A DNA stretch of 64,000 nucleotides from Camelus ferus (taxonomy: Eukaryota): contig NC_045697.1 of NCBI RefSeq assembly GCF_009834535.1, positions 83,888,001 to 83,952,000 on the forward strand. The letters run 5' to 3'. How positions within the stretch are numbered: position 1 is the stretch's first letter; the number at the start of each line of letters is the position of its first letter. Shown one piece after another: positions 12,976-26,491 of this stretch. The notes under the pieces are model-generated. The model saw only the letters and a list, made by a program, of their open reading frames with translations. It ran no database searches and had not been told where the DNA came from. Both the position numbers and the translations under genes were made by a program.

Positions 12976-14195
12976 CTAGGCAAAAAAAGAAAGCCAGCCC
13001 ACCTGAATGCCACATTTCTCAGCTCTTTAACTTCTACCAAGTAGACAACAGGGACACTTGTTTTCCTTAATAAAGCAAGAAGGCACCTTCACAAATCACT
13101 ATTTTTTTCCCCTACAAGATGAAATTATCGTTTAGAAAGTGACACAAATGCTATTTGAGGTATTTTACACAAGTGGAGAATTTAAAAAATGTAAAAGCAA
13201 CATTTATAATTATAGTGAGAAAATTAGTAAGATAAATTTTAATTCAGTTGCATTCACTTCACATGATACATGGCATTAATTAAGGAACTGTATCTGCTAC
13301 AAAATATAGAAAATCATACAGAAGAAAAACTTTTTTTTGCATAACAAGCATTATTCATTCAGGTCATTTATACATTCAGTAAGTTATCTGCAGCCTGTGC
13401 GGATTTGATCAAAAGGATTTTGGAACTAGGTAGACATAACCAAGGAGAAGGGATGGGCCACTAACACTCTATCCAATCATACTGCAAATCGTTGTAAAAC
13501 CAGATTACCTGTTCCTTTCTCTGATTATGTGAAATTGAGCTGTTGCTTTGGACACTTATCCATTTTGAAATTAGAAAAAAGAAATACTCTAAGGAGTTTT
13601 TATGGATACTTTTAAGAAACTAATTTTAAGTAACGGAAACATCCTTCATCAAGATAAATGGCTGACTACGTTGTTATTACAGGGGCGATTTCTATGACTC
13701 CTTAAATATAAAGCATTTTTATTGATGTAAATCTCAGTACTGTTTACTCTCCTATTATTCTCTCTTTTGCCTCATGACATGTGAGCTTCCATTCTCCCCA
13801 AGATCTAAATACAGAATTAAAATGCTCTGTGAAACAATGAGGATTATATTTTTGACTTGGGGGCTTCATAATAAACACAGCGTTAAAACTATCCTCATAC
13901 TTCTTAAAGTAATTTCACTGTTGGACTGTTTATTTGTGAAGTCAGTATTTTCTGTTTTTTATTGGTCTAAGGTATTCTGAGGGTCCTGCAGTTATCCTGA
14001 AATATATGGCAGCATGATTTGGAAAAAAATAATGCTTGCCATACAGAATACATATGATTTAGATGAAAATGTCCAAAAACCTGCTTCAGTATGGTATGCC
14101 AGAGGTACGTCTATTTTGAAACTGAAGAAAGCCTTTCTCACTAAAAATATTCATGAGACAAGGCAGTCAGTGAGCACCGATAATGAAACTGTTAC

Positions 14196-14344
14196 CATAG
14201 CTGTTGATGTGCATAGTGCTGAGCTGACTGCCCAGCTGGGCGACGGATGAAGTGGACACCGGACTTGGATAAGACGACTGTGTAGACGGCGAGTGTGGTG
14301 CATAGGAGGGGGCTGCACTGCTGACAGGTGGAGGGCCAGGAAAT
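14196..14344 (-). CDS. SEC24D: SEC24D exon 4
   Basis: 149 nt, acceptor CTCTCAG|AT, donor TATG|GTAAC. Encodes [49 protein letters not shown]. Confidence 0.96.
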
Positions 14345-17300
14345 CTGAGAGAGAAAAAGGGCGTTGATAGCATACGGTCTCACATGCAAATGACATACAA
14401 CAAATGTCAATAACTTGTAAAATTAAATCAGCGAATCTAGGCGGCACTAGGAAAATGACTGATAGTATACGCTATATCTTTAAATAACCTCAATGTGAGC
14501 TCAGAATGAATCATGTAGCATCATCCCATATATATGCTCATGTGCTAAACATGTCAAGATACCTAGCTGCTGCCCCCCCTCACCCCACCCCCAAAATTTC
14601 AGATGTAAACTCAGAACAAGCTTTGGAAATCATCTTGGGAAGCTGAGCCCATCACAGTTTTATCTATATGAGGGCTCACGGTCAACAGGACAGAAATCAA
14701 GAAAACGAAAATGCTTTGTGGTTGTATCTTTGTGATCACTTAGAAGGGATTTCAAGAACTTTCTTAAAGACATGTTTTTGTAAAGCCACTGCTTCATAAG
14801 AAGAAATCATTTCTTTTTTTCAAGAAATGATGTTTCTTGTCCTTTTCTTAAAACTTATTCATGGGAGATAGACATCTGAAACACCTCACACAGGCAGACC
14901 CTGCATACTCCATAAGAATATACTAGGGGATGCAGTGTGAGGTATGGTTAGGGTTTGGGTTAGCCAGCAGTTAATAGGGGGAAGGGGCAGTGTTATTCAA
15001 TCGTTTGGGGAAAAAATTCCTCAAAACATGTTCAGAGATATTTCACAAATGTCAATAATATTTTTAAAACCGAAAATCTGTGAATCATTTTTTACAGAGA
15101 TAGTACAGGTAGAGTAAAATATGTTTCAAATAGAACTTATGACAAGCATCCTCAAGGATTTAACTTAACAAAAGGTTAAAGATTTAAAATATAGAATGAG
15201 ACCATGTACAACAATTAGTTATTACTTTCTGACCCATAAGTACTGACTTATCATTCATTGCTTGATATACATCCTAGGAGTTAGGTGTCAGAAATTCACA
15301 ACTTTTTTTCTGATCAATCTAAGTCTTAAACAGATTTGGACTTTAAAAGCAATATTATCAACTTAAAAATAAAAATAAAATAGTATTAAAAGAGTAAATT
15401 TTGTTAAATAATTTTTAATAAAAAAATTTTAAACTGACATATATAAGGAAAAAGAAATTAACAGAACATATTAAACATACAAAGTGATTTAATATTTTTC
15501 ACTTTCATTACTTTGCTAAATTAGTTTATCCAAGGCCACCCAACATGTAGGTGTCAGAGCTCAGGTGAGAATCCAGGTCCCCTGACCCCTAGCCTGAAGA
15601 CCCAGTGTGTGAGCACAGGCAAGCCATGTAATTCCTGGAGCTCTTAGCTTTCAGTCATAAAAATGAACACAGGGAATGGAGCCATCCTTTCCCTATTGTA
15701 AACATAATGTGGTTAGAATTTAAAATCATATAGATTTAAATAGCTCTCATTGATTACTTCATTTAACGTGTTTCTGGGCTGAGAAACATTCGAATATATC
15801 TTTTAATTTACCATTTCATTGAGTGTCAGAAGAAGGAAGTTTCAAAAATAGTCAATAATGACAACCAGAGAATTAATAGAACATGAAAATTTAGCCTTAA
15901 ATTTAACCCTAAACCTCTAGAGAATTGACTCAGTTGTCTGTAGCCTGCTCAACCTCAAACACTTTACATTTTCAAGTTTGCAACGAACTACTCAAGAAGT
16001 GAGATGGATGATGAAGTTTATTAGAATGTGGAGATGAGGTGCCAATTTCTTCAAGATTTGATTGATACAAAATCTAGACTTTAAATTCTCGGCCCATAGA
16101 ATAGAAAAAACAAAAACTCTGCCAAATTATATCATTGCTTCCCACACACACAAAAAAAGAGAAGCAGTTATGTATTTCTCTTATTTTTCTTGCTTCCTCC
16201 TTTTCCATTGCAGCCAATATAGATTCACCCCATAATAGCTTCAGTTTGGGAAGATGAGCCTCCTTCCCACCCTCGCTTCTCCCAGTTTGCCACGTCTTAG
16301 TCAAAACAGAACAATTACAATTGACTAACTGGCTCTTCTCCTCATAATTAAAAAATGGAGTTGTCGGTTATTGATTTCATTTCATAGATTAAATCCTTCC
16401 AGCAGTAACCCTTTGTAGATAACTTCAGTACCACTTACAAGTTTACCACATTTATTCTGCCTCAGCCAAGATCAAAAAGACAAATGACTCGGTATGCCTT
16501 TTTAAATTTTATGAAACATTACCTCTGAAATCGCAAATATTTAAAAACAAAAATTATCCATTTTAAAATTGAAATCAACATGAAGACTCTGAATTGATCT
16601 TGTTTTATTCGGCAGTTTAGATAATGGTAAAATTTTAAGAGATTTCTACCCTGGGTCCTCTAAGTACAAGGACTCCATGATGTGCTGTGACCACCTTAGA
16701 AAGGTCGTATGTGGTCTCTGCTCTCTGACAACCTGTCATCACTGGTGTGATTCACCTGCACAGTCACTGCACCCTTTGGCCTGGCACCGAACTGTATACA
16801 CAGACACAGGTCTCATGAGGGCAGGCAGCAGGGTCACCATGAAGGCTTGGCCTGAATACTAGCCTTTACCATTTTTTAACCCCATTCGCAACCTTTGATC
16901 CACAGTTCCAATTAAAGCAAATGAATAGTGGAGGAAGTGGAGGAGATGGGGCAAAATCTGTCAGTGCTTCCCTGGGAATCACAATGAAAGCAAATTCCTA
17001 AATTGAGCTGTCATGGGTGCTAACACTGAGCTAGTACGAAGGGCAAGCTACAGACAGTAGACTTTCCATATCCAGTGGAAATGGTGTTCCACTCAACACA
17101 CATTGAGTCTCTCATGGACGCTGTGCACTGTGCAAGGTTCCTTGTATGCATTAATGATCAAATCCTCACAACCCCACCATTATTGTTATAATTGTGATGA
17201 GGGAACCAAGGTGCACAGAGGCAGAGTAACTCGTCCAGCCAGGAACTGACTGAGCCAAGAGTATCAACAAGACCCAACCCTAGAGTTTCTACCTGGCACC

Positions 17301-18915
17301 GTGTGGATGCTGTGCTGAGCTCCCAACCACACAGCTAAGATCTGTCTGATGGCAAAGTCTCAGCTTTACTTACACCTAAACAATCTAATTCATGCAAAAC
17401 AAATGGAAACAGCCAAAAAGATGAATCTAATCTAGGCTCACACCAGTGAACCAAATCTTTTCTAACTTCAAAGCAGGTGTTCGATTTTTGCATTTCCTCA
17501 AAAAAAAAAAAAAATCTGACCTGCTTGGCAATTCACAACAATGTACTTCTCCAGATCATCTCCCTATCCTCTGGACTGAGAATTCTACCTCCTCATTTTA
17601 CCAGTGAGGACACTGAGGTTGAGAGGCCCAGGAATGTCACCAACATTACTCTGTGAGCTAACAGCTTGAACCAGGGGTGGCAGCATCTTGGCTCACTCTT
17701 TCTGCTCTCCCCTCAAGCCCCACCACCATGCTCCTGAGACTAGGGCCCGGGGAGGCAGGTCCCAAGTACGGCTTTTTGACCTTGTGCTCCCTGTTCAAAC
17801 CACAGTCCCATGTAAACCAAACTACTCGGGCTCACTCATCCACCGCTCCCTGCATTAACCTTCACTCTGCATCTCAGAGCTACCATTTCAATGGCAAATG
17901 TTATCACAACAAACAAGAGCCAGGAAACATCAATCTCACAAATGCCCTGTAAGAGAATGAACTTGATGATAAGAGACATTCCAGAGGGAGTTTTCCCAAT
18001 ATGAGGGACTGTAGGCTCCTTGAAAGGGTAACTTAATGGCCTCACCATCAGCAGGGTCCAGAGTCCTTCAGAGGGGTTACTCCCCCCAACCCCCATCCAC
18101 CCCAACTGTGCAGCCGGACAACCTGGGAAACAAAGTCTCTGGGTAATCCTTGGAGAAATTCCAGTGTAAACACTTGTCTACAGCTTGGCACTGGATTCTC
18201 AGCAGCAGCGCCTCGCAGGACAAACAATAACCAGCTTTCCAGCAGGGCAGGTGTGATGCGGGCTCCCTTTCCAGGGGACGGTCCTGAGGGGTTGCAGGGC
18301 TCCCAGCATCTCCCACATCTCATCCCTTGGCTTCTCCAGGCCTGTCTCCAACTTTTCCCTTCTTTAACGCATAAACACAAACAAAAGATTTCTTTCCTGT
18401 GTTGTTTTTACTATCAGCTTCCTTTCAAGAGTCCCTCACTGGCATCCACATCAAATCCACAGTCTTTACCACTAGCCCTAATCTGATTAAATTTTTTAAA
18501 AGATATTTATCACACCTACTGGCACTGAGCTCCATCCTACAAAGGATTCAACAGACCAGGTGTTTTAAAATTTCATTGGGGAACACAAGCCATAGGCATT
18601 GAAGGAATTGGAGATTAACACAAACGCTACAATAAGATGACTACATGTAACCCAAAACTAAAATGTGTGGTATTGACACAAGTAAATTTTCATATTTTTT
18701 AAAATATGTACTAGTATTGGATTTTTTCCCTCCTAACTTTTTTAAATGCTTGGTTTCCTAGGGCAGTTTTCCAGTAGATGCTTTCGAGGGTGTGGGTAGT
18801 ATCAAGAGGTCAAATTTTCAATAAATAAACGTGCAAGTTTAGAAGGACATGTGAGGTAATTTTACTAAAATTACCTCACATGTAAAATAAAAATGAGAGT
18901 TGGCATCTGTCTCAC

Positions 18916-19045
18916 CTTTGAGGAGGATGACCTTGGGCATGAGCTCCATTCTGGCCAAACTGATGAGGTCCCGGAGGTGGATGGCCCTGAGACAACATCC
19001 CCCCGGGGGCAGCAGCCCCCATAGGCCCTGCTGGCTTCATCACAC
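18916..19045 (-). CDS. SEC24D: SEC24D exon 3
   Basis: 130 nt, acceptor TGCAG|GT, donor AAAG|GTGAG. Encodes (G)[42 protein letters not shown](R), in frame with exons 2 and 4. Confidence 0.96.
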
Positions 19046-20509
19046 CTGCAAGGGACGGGCATGAGTTTAGAAGAGTATGAAAGTGTGAAGAGACAGAGGA
19101 TGCAAAGATATTAGGTTAAAAATACAAATTAGAATGAGGAAGAGAGGAAGAAACAGGCTGGAACAAGTTCTTCTCACTTGCTTTAATCATCACAGACTTC
19201 CCAATGCCAGGCTCTGGCATCATTATCTGACCATCACAGTGATGGGAAAGAGGAAAATAAAGAAATCATTTTAACATTAAACATAAACTAAAACAGAAGA
19301 AATAAAACTTTGCATTTGGTAGAGGTAACTTGATGGGACACACTATCACACTAACAGTACTAGAATACACAATGAAAAGTGCCAGTTGGATATCAGAATA
19401 TAAATCTGGGGAAGAAAACAGGATGAGTCATCATAGAGCATCCTAACTCTAACCATGGGGGAAAAAAAAAACCTCTGAAAATGCATTTGAGTTACAGCAT
19501 GATGAAAGCAAACGGAGAGTAGCATCTGTTTCTCCAACAAATCCAGAGCACAGCTTCAGAGTTAGTAATTGTTCCAGGATTCCAAAGAGTTGGGTGATAA
19601 ACAACTCAAGTCATCACACTCACTCATGCAAATACGGGATCACATACGATTAAGAGATGCTCCTGGCAGAGACCGTGTTTTAATTTATAAGTAGTTCTTC
19701 TCCAATTGAGATCTTTAAAGTTTTTCTTTAGAACTATTCTCAGACATTTTTCTCTTTTCTTCCAGACGAATTGTGGCATGGGGGGAAAATTACTGAGCTT
19801 GGGTTAGAGCGGTTCAATGCCCCATCTGGCCACTCACCAGTGGATGCATGGTGCTGGACAAGAAGTTTATCTTTGGGGATCTCAGTTTCCCCTCACTACA
19901 TAAGGAAAGGCTTAGACTAGACTACTTGCAACAGCCCTTTCAGCCTTTTCGAAGGAAAAAAAGACAAGAAAAGAAAAAGTACATTTCTTCTACTTGCTCT
20001 TTTCTGTTTCCATCCTGCTTGTCTTTGCTCCAGGCCATTCAATTTACTTTTGACTCTACCCTCCTCTCTGATGCCATCATCAGTGACCTCCTGGCTGCCC
20101 TCTGTGCACGCCTCTATTTGACCTCATGACAGTATTTCACACTCAACATCTCTTTTCTCCTTTTATCTTCCTCAAGAAAGTTTGTTCCCTTGGACAGCAA
20201 GGGAAGTGACTGGACGACCTTGCAGTCGCCCAGGAAGAGTTTCTTATATTGTCGTCATAATACTCTGGAGAGCATGCTTTCAGATGCTTGGGTAATCTAG
20301 GATGAAATATAACCAGTGAAGAGGCAGCATTCATGAATAATATTATTGAAACTTTCACAAAGGTTTCTTAACACAGGATTCCTCAAGCTTAAGAAAAATG
20401 TCGTAACGACTTTACAGTCGCGCTTCTTTTAGCCATTTTCCATATACCAAGAACAAAAACAACAAATATGATTCTTATTTTTATATAGAGTTTAAACCCC
20501 AAACCCAGC

Positions 20510-20890
20510 TAAGTTAGAAAAACATGAGACTTGCAGTCACAAAGACTGGAGTTTGAATTCCTCCCCTACCATTTAACACCTGTGACCCTGACAAGATACT
20601 CTGATCTTTTGAAACCTAGACTTTTAACACTGTTCCATGGTAATAATTTCCCCTGCCTCTGAGGACTGTTCTTTTTTTTTTTTTTAAACATCTTTATTGT
20701 GGTCTAATTCCTATACAGTAAACTACACATATTTCAGATGTATGATTTGATGAATTTTGATAGATGTATACACCTATGAAACCACCCTCACAATCAAGAT
20801 AGATATCTGAGGACTGTTTTGAGAATTAGATGAGGCAATGGTACAAGAGCATCCAGAACAATGCCTGACAGATAAACTTAATGGTCAAAA
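20510..20890 (+). mobile_element. MIR SINE interrupted by a short L1-type insertion
   Basis: MIR core (GAGTTTGAATTCC...TGTGACCCTGACAAG...GAGAATTAGATGAG) on both sides of the insertion. Confidence 0.65.
20671..20805 (-). mobile_element. Short L1-type 3' end with poly(A) and perfect TSD
   Basis: T-run then TTTATTGTGG...TTTGATGAATTTTGA...ACAATCAAGATA; 13-bp TSD TCTGAGGACTGTT at 20658-20670 / 20806-20818. Confidence 0.85.
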
Positions 20891-22588
20891 AACTTTAGTT
20901 CCCTCTTCCCTGGCCATATCCCTTGCTCTCCTTTTTTTCAAGGAATTATATTCTCACAAGACTTATACACCACAATGATAGGCACGCTTGTATCTTCATT
21001 CTTAAAGCATTATTTTGGACGATAGTCGAAAAACTACAACACTAGTGCTAAAGCAGTAAATACATGCACTACAAGAAACCAAAGATATTCTCATTTTTTA
21101 AATAAGAAGGTAAAGAGCAATTTCATCAGCAACCCTCATATATACATCCAGAGAATCAAAAAGCAGTTTTCGGAGTTACTCATGTCCTGGTATTTTCATG
21201 TGTATGTGAGACGCACGTTTTAAAAAACTTGTTTCTAAAACAAAACTCAATTCTTATATTCTTATATACTCAAGCAGAACTGTCACACACCAATCTTAGT
21301 AAAGGTTCTCTCCCTTTTATTTTTGGAAATCAACTCTATAGCAGTGATTCAAACCCATTCTTGTTCAACATACATCCACTGTGCCTTTGAGGCACGAAGA
21401 GCTTTTGTAGAAGAGACAACTGTGTAATCAAACATTACAGCGCCCTGGGCTGAGCGTTGTAATAGGCAGGACTACCTAATGCTTCCTGGGGAATCAAGAA
21501 AAGTTCAGAGAGGAAGGGCTGCTTGAGCTGAATCTTGGAGGACAGGCATGAGTTGCATTAGTAGAGAGACAGGACAGGGAATTCCAGGCAGAAGCTTGAC
21601 AAAGACCTGAGAGAATATGGAGTGATGGGGGACTGCAAAGGGTTCAGCGTCAACGGATGGTGGGGAAAGTGGCCAGAGCAGAGGCTGCCCAGGTTGGTTG
21701 GGATCAGACTGAAAAGTCCTGGGTGCCTTTTGGACTCCACTCTCATGGCAAAGGGAAGTCAGTATCATTGTTATCTGCAAAGTCATAGTTTCCGCCTGGC
21801 CACATAACTGGCATTTTCAAAAGTGATCAGAGATAAAGAGAAATCAGGCTTTTTATAGAGCAGTGTGAGAATCTTAATAGGAAAGGAAAACCATATCATG
21901 ATTAAGATCTAACTATGCTTATGCCAAAAGAAAAATACTTAAATCATAAACTGGCCTTTAATACAGTGGCAGATTTTATAGACTAGCTTACTCAATGCCA
22001 ATTCCAATTCCCTTCTGGCTTGCCTTTCTGTACGGCCCTGACCTGGAAAGATGGAATCTCCACTCCCTAGACTCCCTGAGAAACCAGGCTGCCATGTGCT
22101 CTGACTTCAGCAAAGCAACACACCTTTGGGAGACCCTGGCCAGGGGCACAGACAGTGATTCTGGGGTAGAAAGGCAGTGGCTGCTGATGGAACAGTCCTG
22201 TGTGGGGTGTGCACTCTGTGGACTGCAGGGTCCCAAGCCTAGTTCTCTGGCTCTCTAACATTCTCTTAGCTTCCTGATACCCTTTTACAAATCCCTTCCC
22301 GCTATGGGTTTCAGCTATCAGCAAAAGAACCCTGACCAAAGCAACACCACAGAAAAGCATATCTTGGATTTAACCCTGGATCTGACAAACTAAAACCAAA
22401 ATTAAAATCATTTGTGAAAAAAAAAGAAGTTTAAAATAAACACAGTCCCTATTATATGGGCAGAACCGTAAGGACTACCATTCCTGAGACACTGTGCCTG
22501 GTGCTGCACCTACAGAAGCCTCACCAGCCCCTCAGCCCCTACCCCTTGTTCCAGAACATCAACAGTCCTTGCCTCTCAGCTTTCAGAC

Positions 22589-22825
22589 CAGTGGTCCTCA
22601 ACCAAGGGTGATGCAGCCCCTGAAGGGACATCTGGCCCGTCGAGGACTTCTGAGTGCCATGACTACTTGGGGTCGGGGGTCAGGGCAGGAGAGGGAGCAC
22701 TGGTATCTAATAATGGGTAGAGGCCAAGAACGCTGCTCAGCACCCACAGGGCACAGCACAGGGTCCCACGACAAAGAAAGAGCCAGCCCCAAACGTCAAC
22801 AGTGCTGAGGATAAGAACCCCTGCT
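22589..22825. mobile_element. MER20 hAT DNA transposon
   Basis: CAGTGGTCCTCAACC...GCCCCAAACGTCAACAGTGCTGAGGATAAGAACCCCTG resembles MER20 termini. Confidence 0.8.
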
Positions 22826-23769
22826 CCAGAAAGCAGCGTGCCCACTCTGATTCCTTCTCCACGCTTTCTTATGTGGCATGGAACTCAAAAACACACACGG
22901 GCTTGTGACCCTTCCCAGTTTACGATGCTTCAGGGGCACCCTACTTCCCGTAGAATACAGCCTAAATAAAATCTGAAGCTGCCTCACTTTCCACTTTGGG
23001 GGGGCACCCCTCTGCTCACACTCTACACCTCACCCACACTGAACCTCTTGCAGGTCCTCAGAAGTGCCACCTCCCAGCCCCAGCAAGCCGCCTCCCTGGC
23101 CAGCTCTCACTCATCTTTCAGGTCCTTCCTTCCAGGAAGATTCACTCCACCTGGAGGTCTTGGTTAGGCGCCCCTGCCATATGCTTCCACCCCACCCTCC
23201 ACTTTCTTAAGACGGTGCTTCCCCTGCATGGTCGGTGTCAGTTTACTTAATGTGCGTCCTACCAGACATGTACATACGTCATTGTATTCACTGTTGTAGC
23301 GCTACAAGCATTTTGCTCACTCAGTAGATCTGTTAAACATGTTAGTACATGGCACTAACGGTGATACGGTACATAAGCAATACAAACATGACTTAGCACG
23401 GGCCAGATCTAGGGTAGAATAGTTACTTCAAGGAACCACAACTAGGTTGCTTGTGTCTGTCACAAAAAAACTGACAAAAGGGTCACCAAAAGGAGAGAAA
23501 AGAAGGCACATGATGACTGAAGAGTAAGAGATCTAAGGTTATTCAACAGAGAGAAAGAGAGTCTAGGGTAATTTAGCGACAGCCTTAAATAATTAAACAG
23601 AAACATCACAATTTACAGGAAGGTGTATTTAGAGAGTCTGATAGCCTGGTATCCATCCGAGAATTGAATAAGGAGAAAGAGGTTTCAATTAAAGCATAAA
23701 GGACTGAACCCAATGAAGACGGTATTTTAATAAACACCTGTGTGTTTTGCTGATGAATGCAGCAGCTGG

Positions 23770-24910
23770 TCACTCACTCAGTCATTGAATGAGGGCCTTC
23801 TCTGCTCAGGAACATTTATTACATACAGTGTGGTAAAAGGGAGAGAGGCTGCATGGGTGTTAGAGAAGACCGAAGAAGAAGATTTATAAATAAGCTGGAG
23901 GAAGAACAGTGGTCCGAAATCCCTGCAAGCACCACACGTGAGCTGAGTGAAGGAGGAGCGTGAGGGTACACGTAGAGGCACGAATTGGCTTTCTGGTGGC
24001 GCCAGGAAGGTCTGAAGCAAAAGAAAGTCAGAATGAGATATGTATGCCCTAAAAGTCCCTCCAGCTCAGGACCAGATGGTTTGGAGAAAGGCAGCACTGG
24101 AGAGGGACAACGGTTAAGAGACCATGTTAGTCATCCAGGTGAGAGGTGGATGGCTTGACCAAGAAGAGTGACAAGAGGATAGAAAGAAGGAAGCAGGTGG
24201 GAAAGATATTTACAATTACCCCAAAGGATTCAGATTGGAGAAGGTAAAAGAGAGAGTTTTTTTAAACAGTGAAACTTTCTTATTTGGGTAGTTGAGTGAA
24301 TGATGACTGCTGGGTGAGACACAGAATGCCAGAAAAAAATAGGTTTTATGAAAAAAATAATGAATTATTTTGGACATGATGAGTTTTATGTACCTATTTA
24401 AACAGGCGGGCAATTGAAGGCATAGATCTGGAGTGTTGGAGGGACTGGAGAAATAGATCTGAGAGGCTAGCACTTTACATGGAATAACATGGTTAAGGAA
24501 AAATCTAAGGAGTGAGAGGAAAAGAGGGGTGAAGATAAAACAAAGAAGGAGAAACAGTACTGCTTAAGGGTCGTGTGGGGGAGCGGGGACTCCTCAGAAG
24601 GAGGTGTCCAGAGAGCCATCAAGAAAAATAACAAAAGGATAGTATCATTGAAACCAAAGGAGAAGAGAGTTTTATACAAACAAAAGCAGCAAACAGTGTC
24701 AAATTCAAAAGAGGACAGGACAGTTTCTACTGCATCTGGTATTAGGAGACCACCAATGACTCCCATGGGAGACAGGGAAGGGGAAATGGGGCCCAAGCTA
24801 GGGATTGAAGACCACCCTGGGCCATGGAGAGACTGAGTCAAGGATGGAGAGTGAGTGAGTGGAGTGAGTACTTGTTTAGGAAGATGGCTATGATGAGAGG
24901 AAGGCAAGAT
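23770..24910 (-). mobile_element. LINE-2 fragment
   Basis: CACTCACTCAGTCATT tail and purine-rich L2 body motifs. Confidence 0.6.
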
Positions 24911-24969
24911 GAATAATACTGAGTGCTATACCTGGGTGTGTATTGGAGTTTATTTGTTTTCTTGAGGGA

Positions 24970-25160
24970 CCTGGGTATGAATCCTAGCTACATCACCAGC
25001 TCTGTGACCTTGAATAAGTCGCAGTGTACCAGACATTTGGTTTTCTTAGCTGCAGAATGGGACTAATAATCTACTGCATAGCATTGCTCGAGGATTAAAG
25101 AAGATAATAACATGTAAATCTTTTAGGACCTTTTTGATATATGGTAAGCACTCAAAAAAA
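24970..25160 (+). mobile_element. MIR SINE
   Basis: CTGGGTATGAATCCTAGCT...CTGTGACCTTGAATAAGTC...GAGGATTAAA...TAAGCACTCAA. Confidence 0.75.
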
Positions 25161-26373
25161 GAGTAATGTACAGTTATCGTTACACACAAATGCAGAGGGG
25201 GAATGAACCAGCAGATAGAAAGAAACTGGAGAAAGAGGGGTTAAATGGTTCCTACAGGATCCGGAGCTATAAATGTTACAGGGATGACTGGTCCTGAACA
25301 AGAGGAGGATGCCACCGCATCTGGAGGTCTTTGAAAATTATGGGCAGACTAAGTCATAAGAGTGGCATCCCACAGGAAATTTACAATCTTAGAGCATCTT
25401 CTGCAGCAAACTGTGTGGCTGCTACCACCAAGCCTCCCTAGAGGGCCTTCCTAACCCCTCGCTGACCCTGCACTCCATACATGCTGCCCAGTGCAGCCTG
25501 GATGCCACACATCTGAGCCCGTCCTGGGGAACCCCAAGAGGCACTCACTGATTTATATATAGCCCATTTCCACCAAGGATTTTAGTTGGATTCCAGAATT
25601 TCCAAGAACTGTCTTACACAAATATTTTTAGGGAATTTGGGATCATCAGTACTGAAACAAGCTATGACTAGCCTCACCTCTGACCCTGAAACTTGGTCCC
25701 TCAAAGCAGGCCTTTGATAATGGGAGGTGACCTTACTATGTCAACTGCCATCAGAGCAACAGTAGTCCCACTCATCACTCCTTCTTCTACCTCTGCCTCA
25801 AAAGCCAAGATTCCGTGCTGGGTACCATAGTTTAAAGCAACCAATATTATTCAATAATGATTTCAAGACAAGGCTATGTTTTTTCTTGTTATAATTATCA
25901 TTGAATAATCTTTAGTGTAGAAATCTAATGATATTTTTCCAATATCAAAATTGATTTTATGATATGATTGCCAAAACCACTTTGGTGTGTGTACATATAT
26001 ATATATATACACACAAAAATTTAATATCCATATATTTAGTATGTAGTGTGTATATATATATAAAAAATTTGTTTTTTTATTGAGAGCTTACAACAACCTC
26101 ATGCCACTGATTAATAGCAATAGAAACTCTAACAGTAAAAACAAAACACCAGAAAGTCTCTTTATTTTAATCTATATTTAAAAAACAAATGTGTTGTATT
26201 TCATGCCATAACCAAACTGATGAGGTAGACTTTTCCAAACAATCCTATTACCTCAGAACATTACATTGCATATAATGACCATTCAGGTCTCCCAAAGAAG
26301 CTCTTTCAGAACACCTTATGTCTCTGAGCTTGAGATTCAATAATCACATTCAAGTCAAAATAATGCACTTTAC

Positions 26374-26491
26374 CTGGTGGAGAACCTGTATGAGATGGGT
26401 CTCCATAGTGCCCGTAATTTGGTGGAGAAAGGCCTATTCCAGGCTGGGACTGAGAATAGGGGGGTGTAGCCACATAACCTTGTTGACTCAT
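26374..26491 (-). CDS. SEC24D: SEC24D exon 2 coding part (exon spans 26374-26532, incl. 41 nt of 5' UTR)
   Basis: Encodes [39 protein letters not shown], the recognisable SEC24D N-terminus. Acceptor TTTTGCAG|GG, donor CCAG|GTAAAG; 118 coding nt, phase 1. Confidence 0.97.

Noticed and set aside
14801..14838. Short inverted repeat/hairpin (others at 39916-39935, 42558-42586, 45512-45537)
   Set aside because: Stems of 8-15 bp are too short for a pre-miRNA and are expected by chance in 64 kb.
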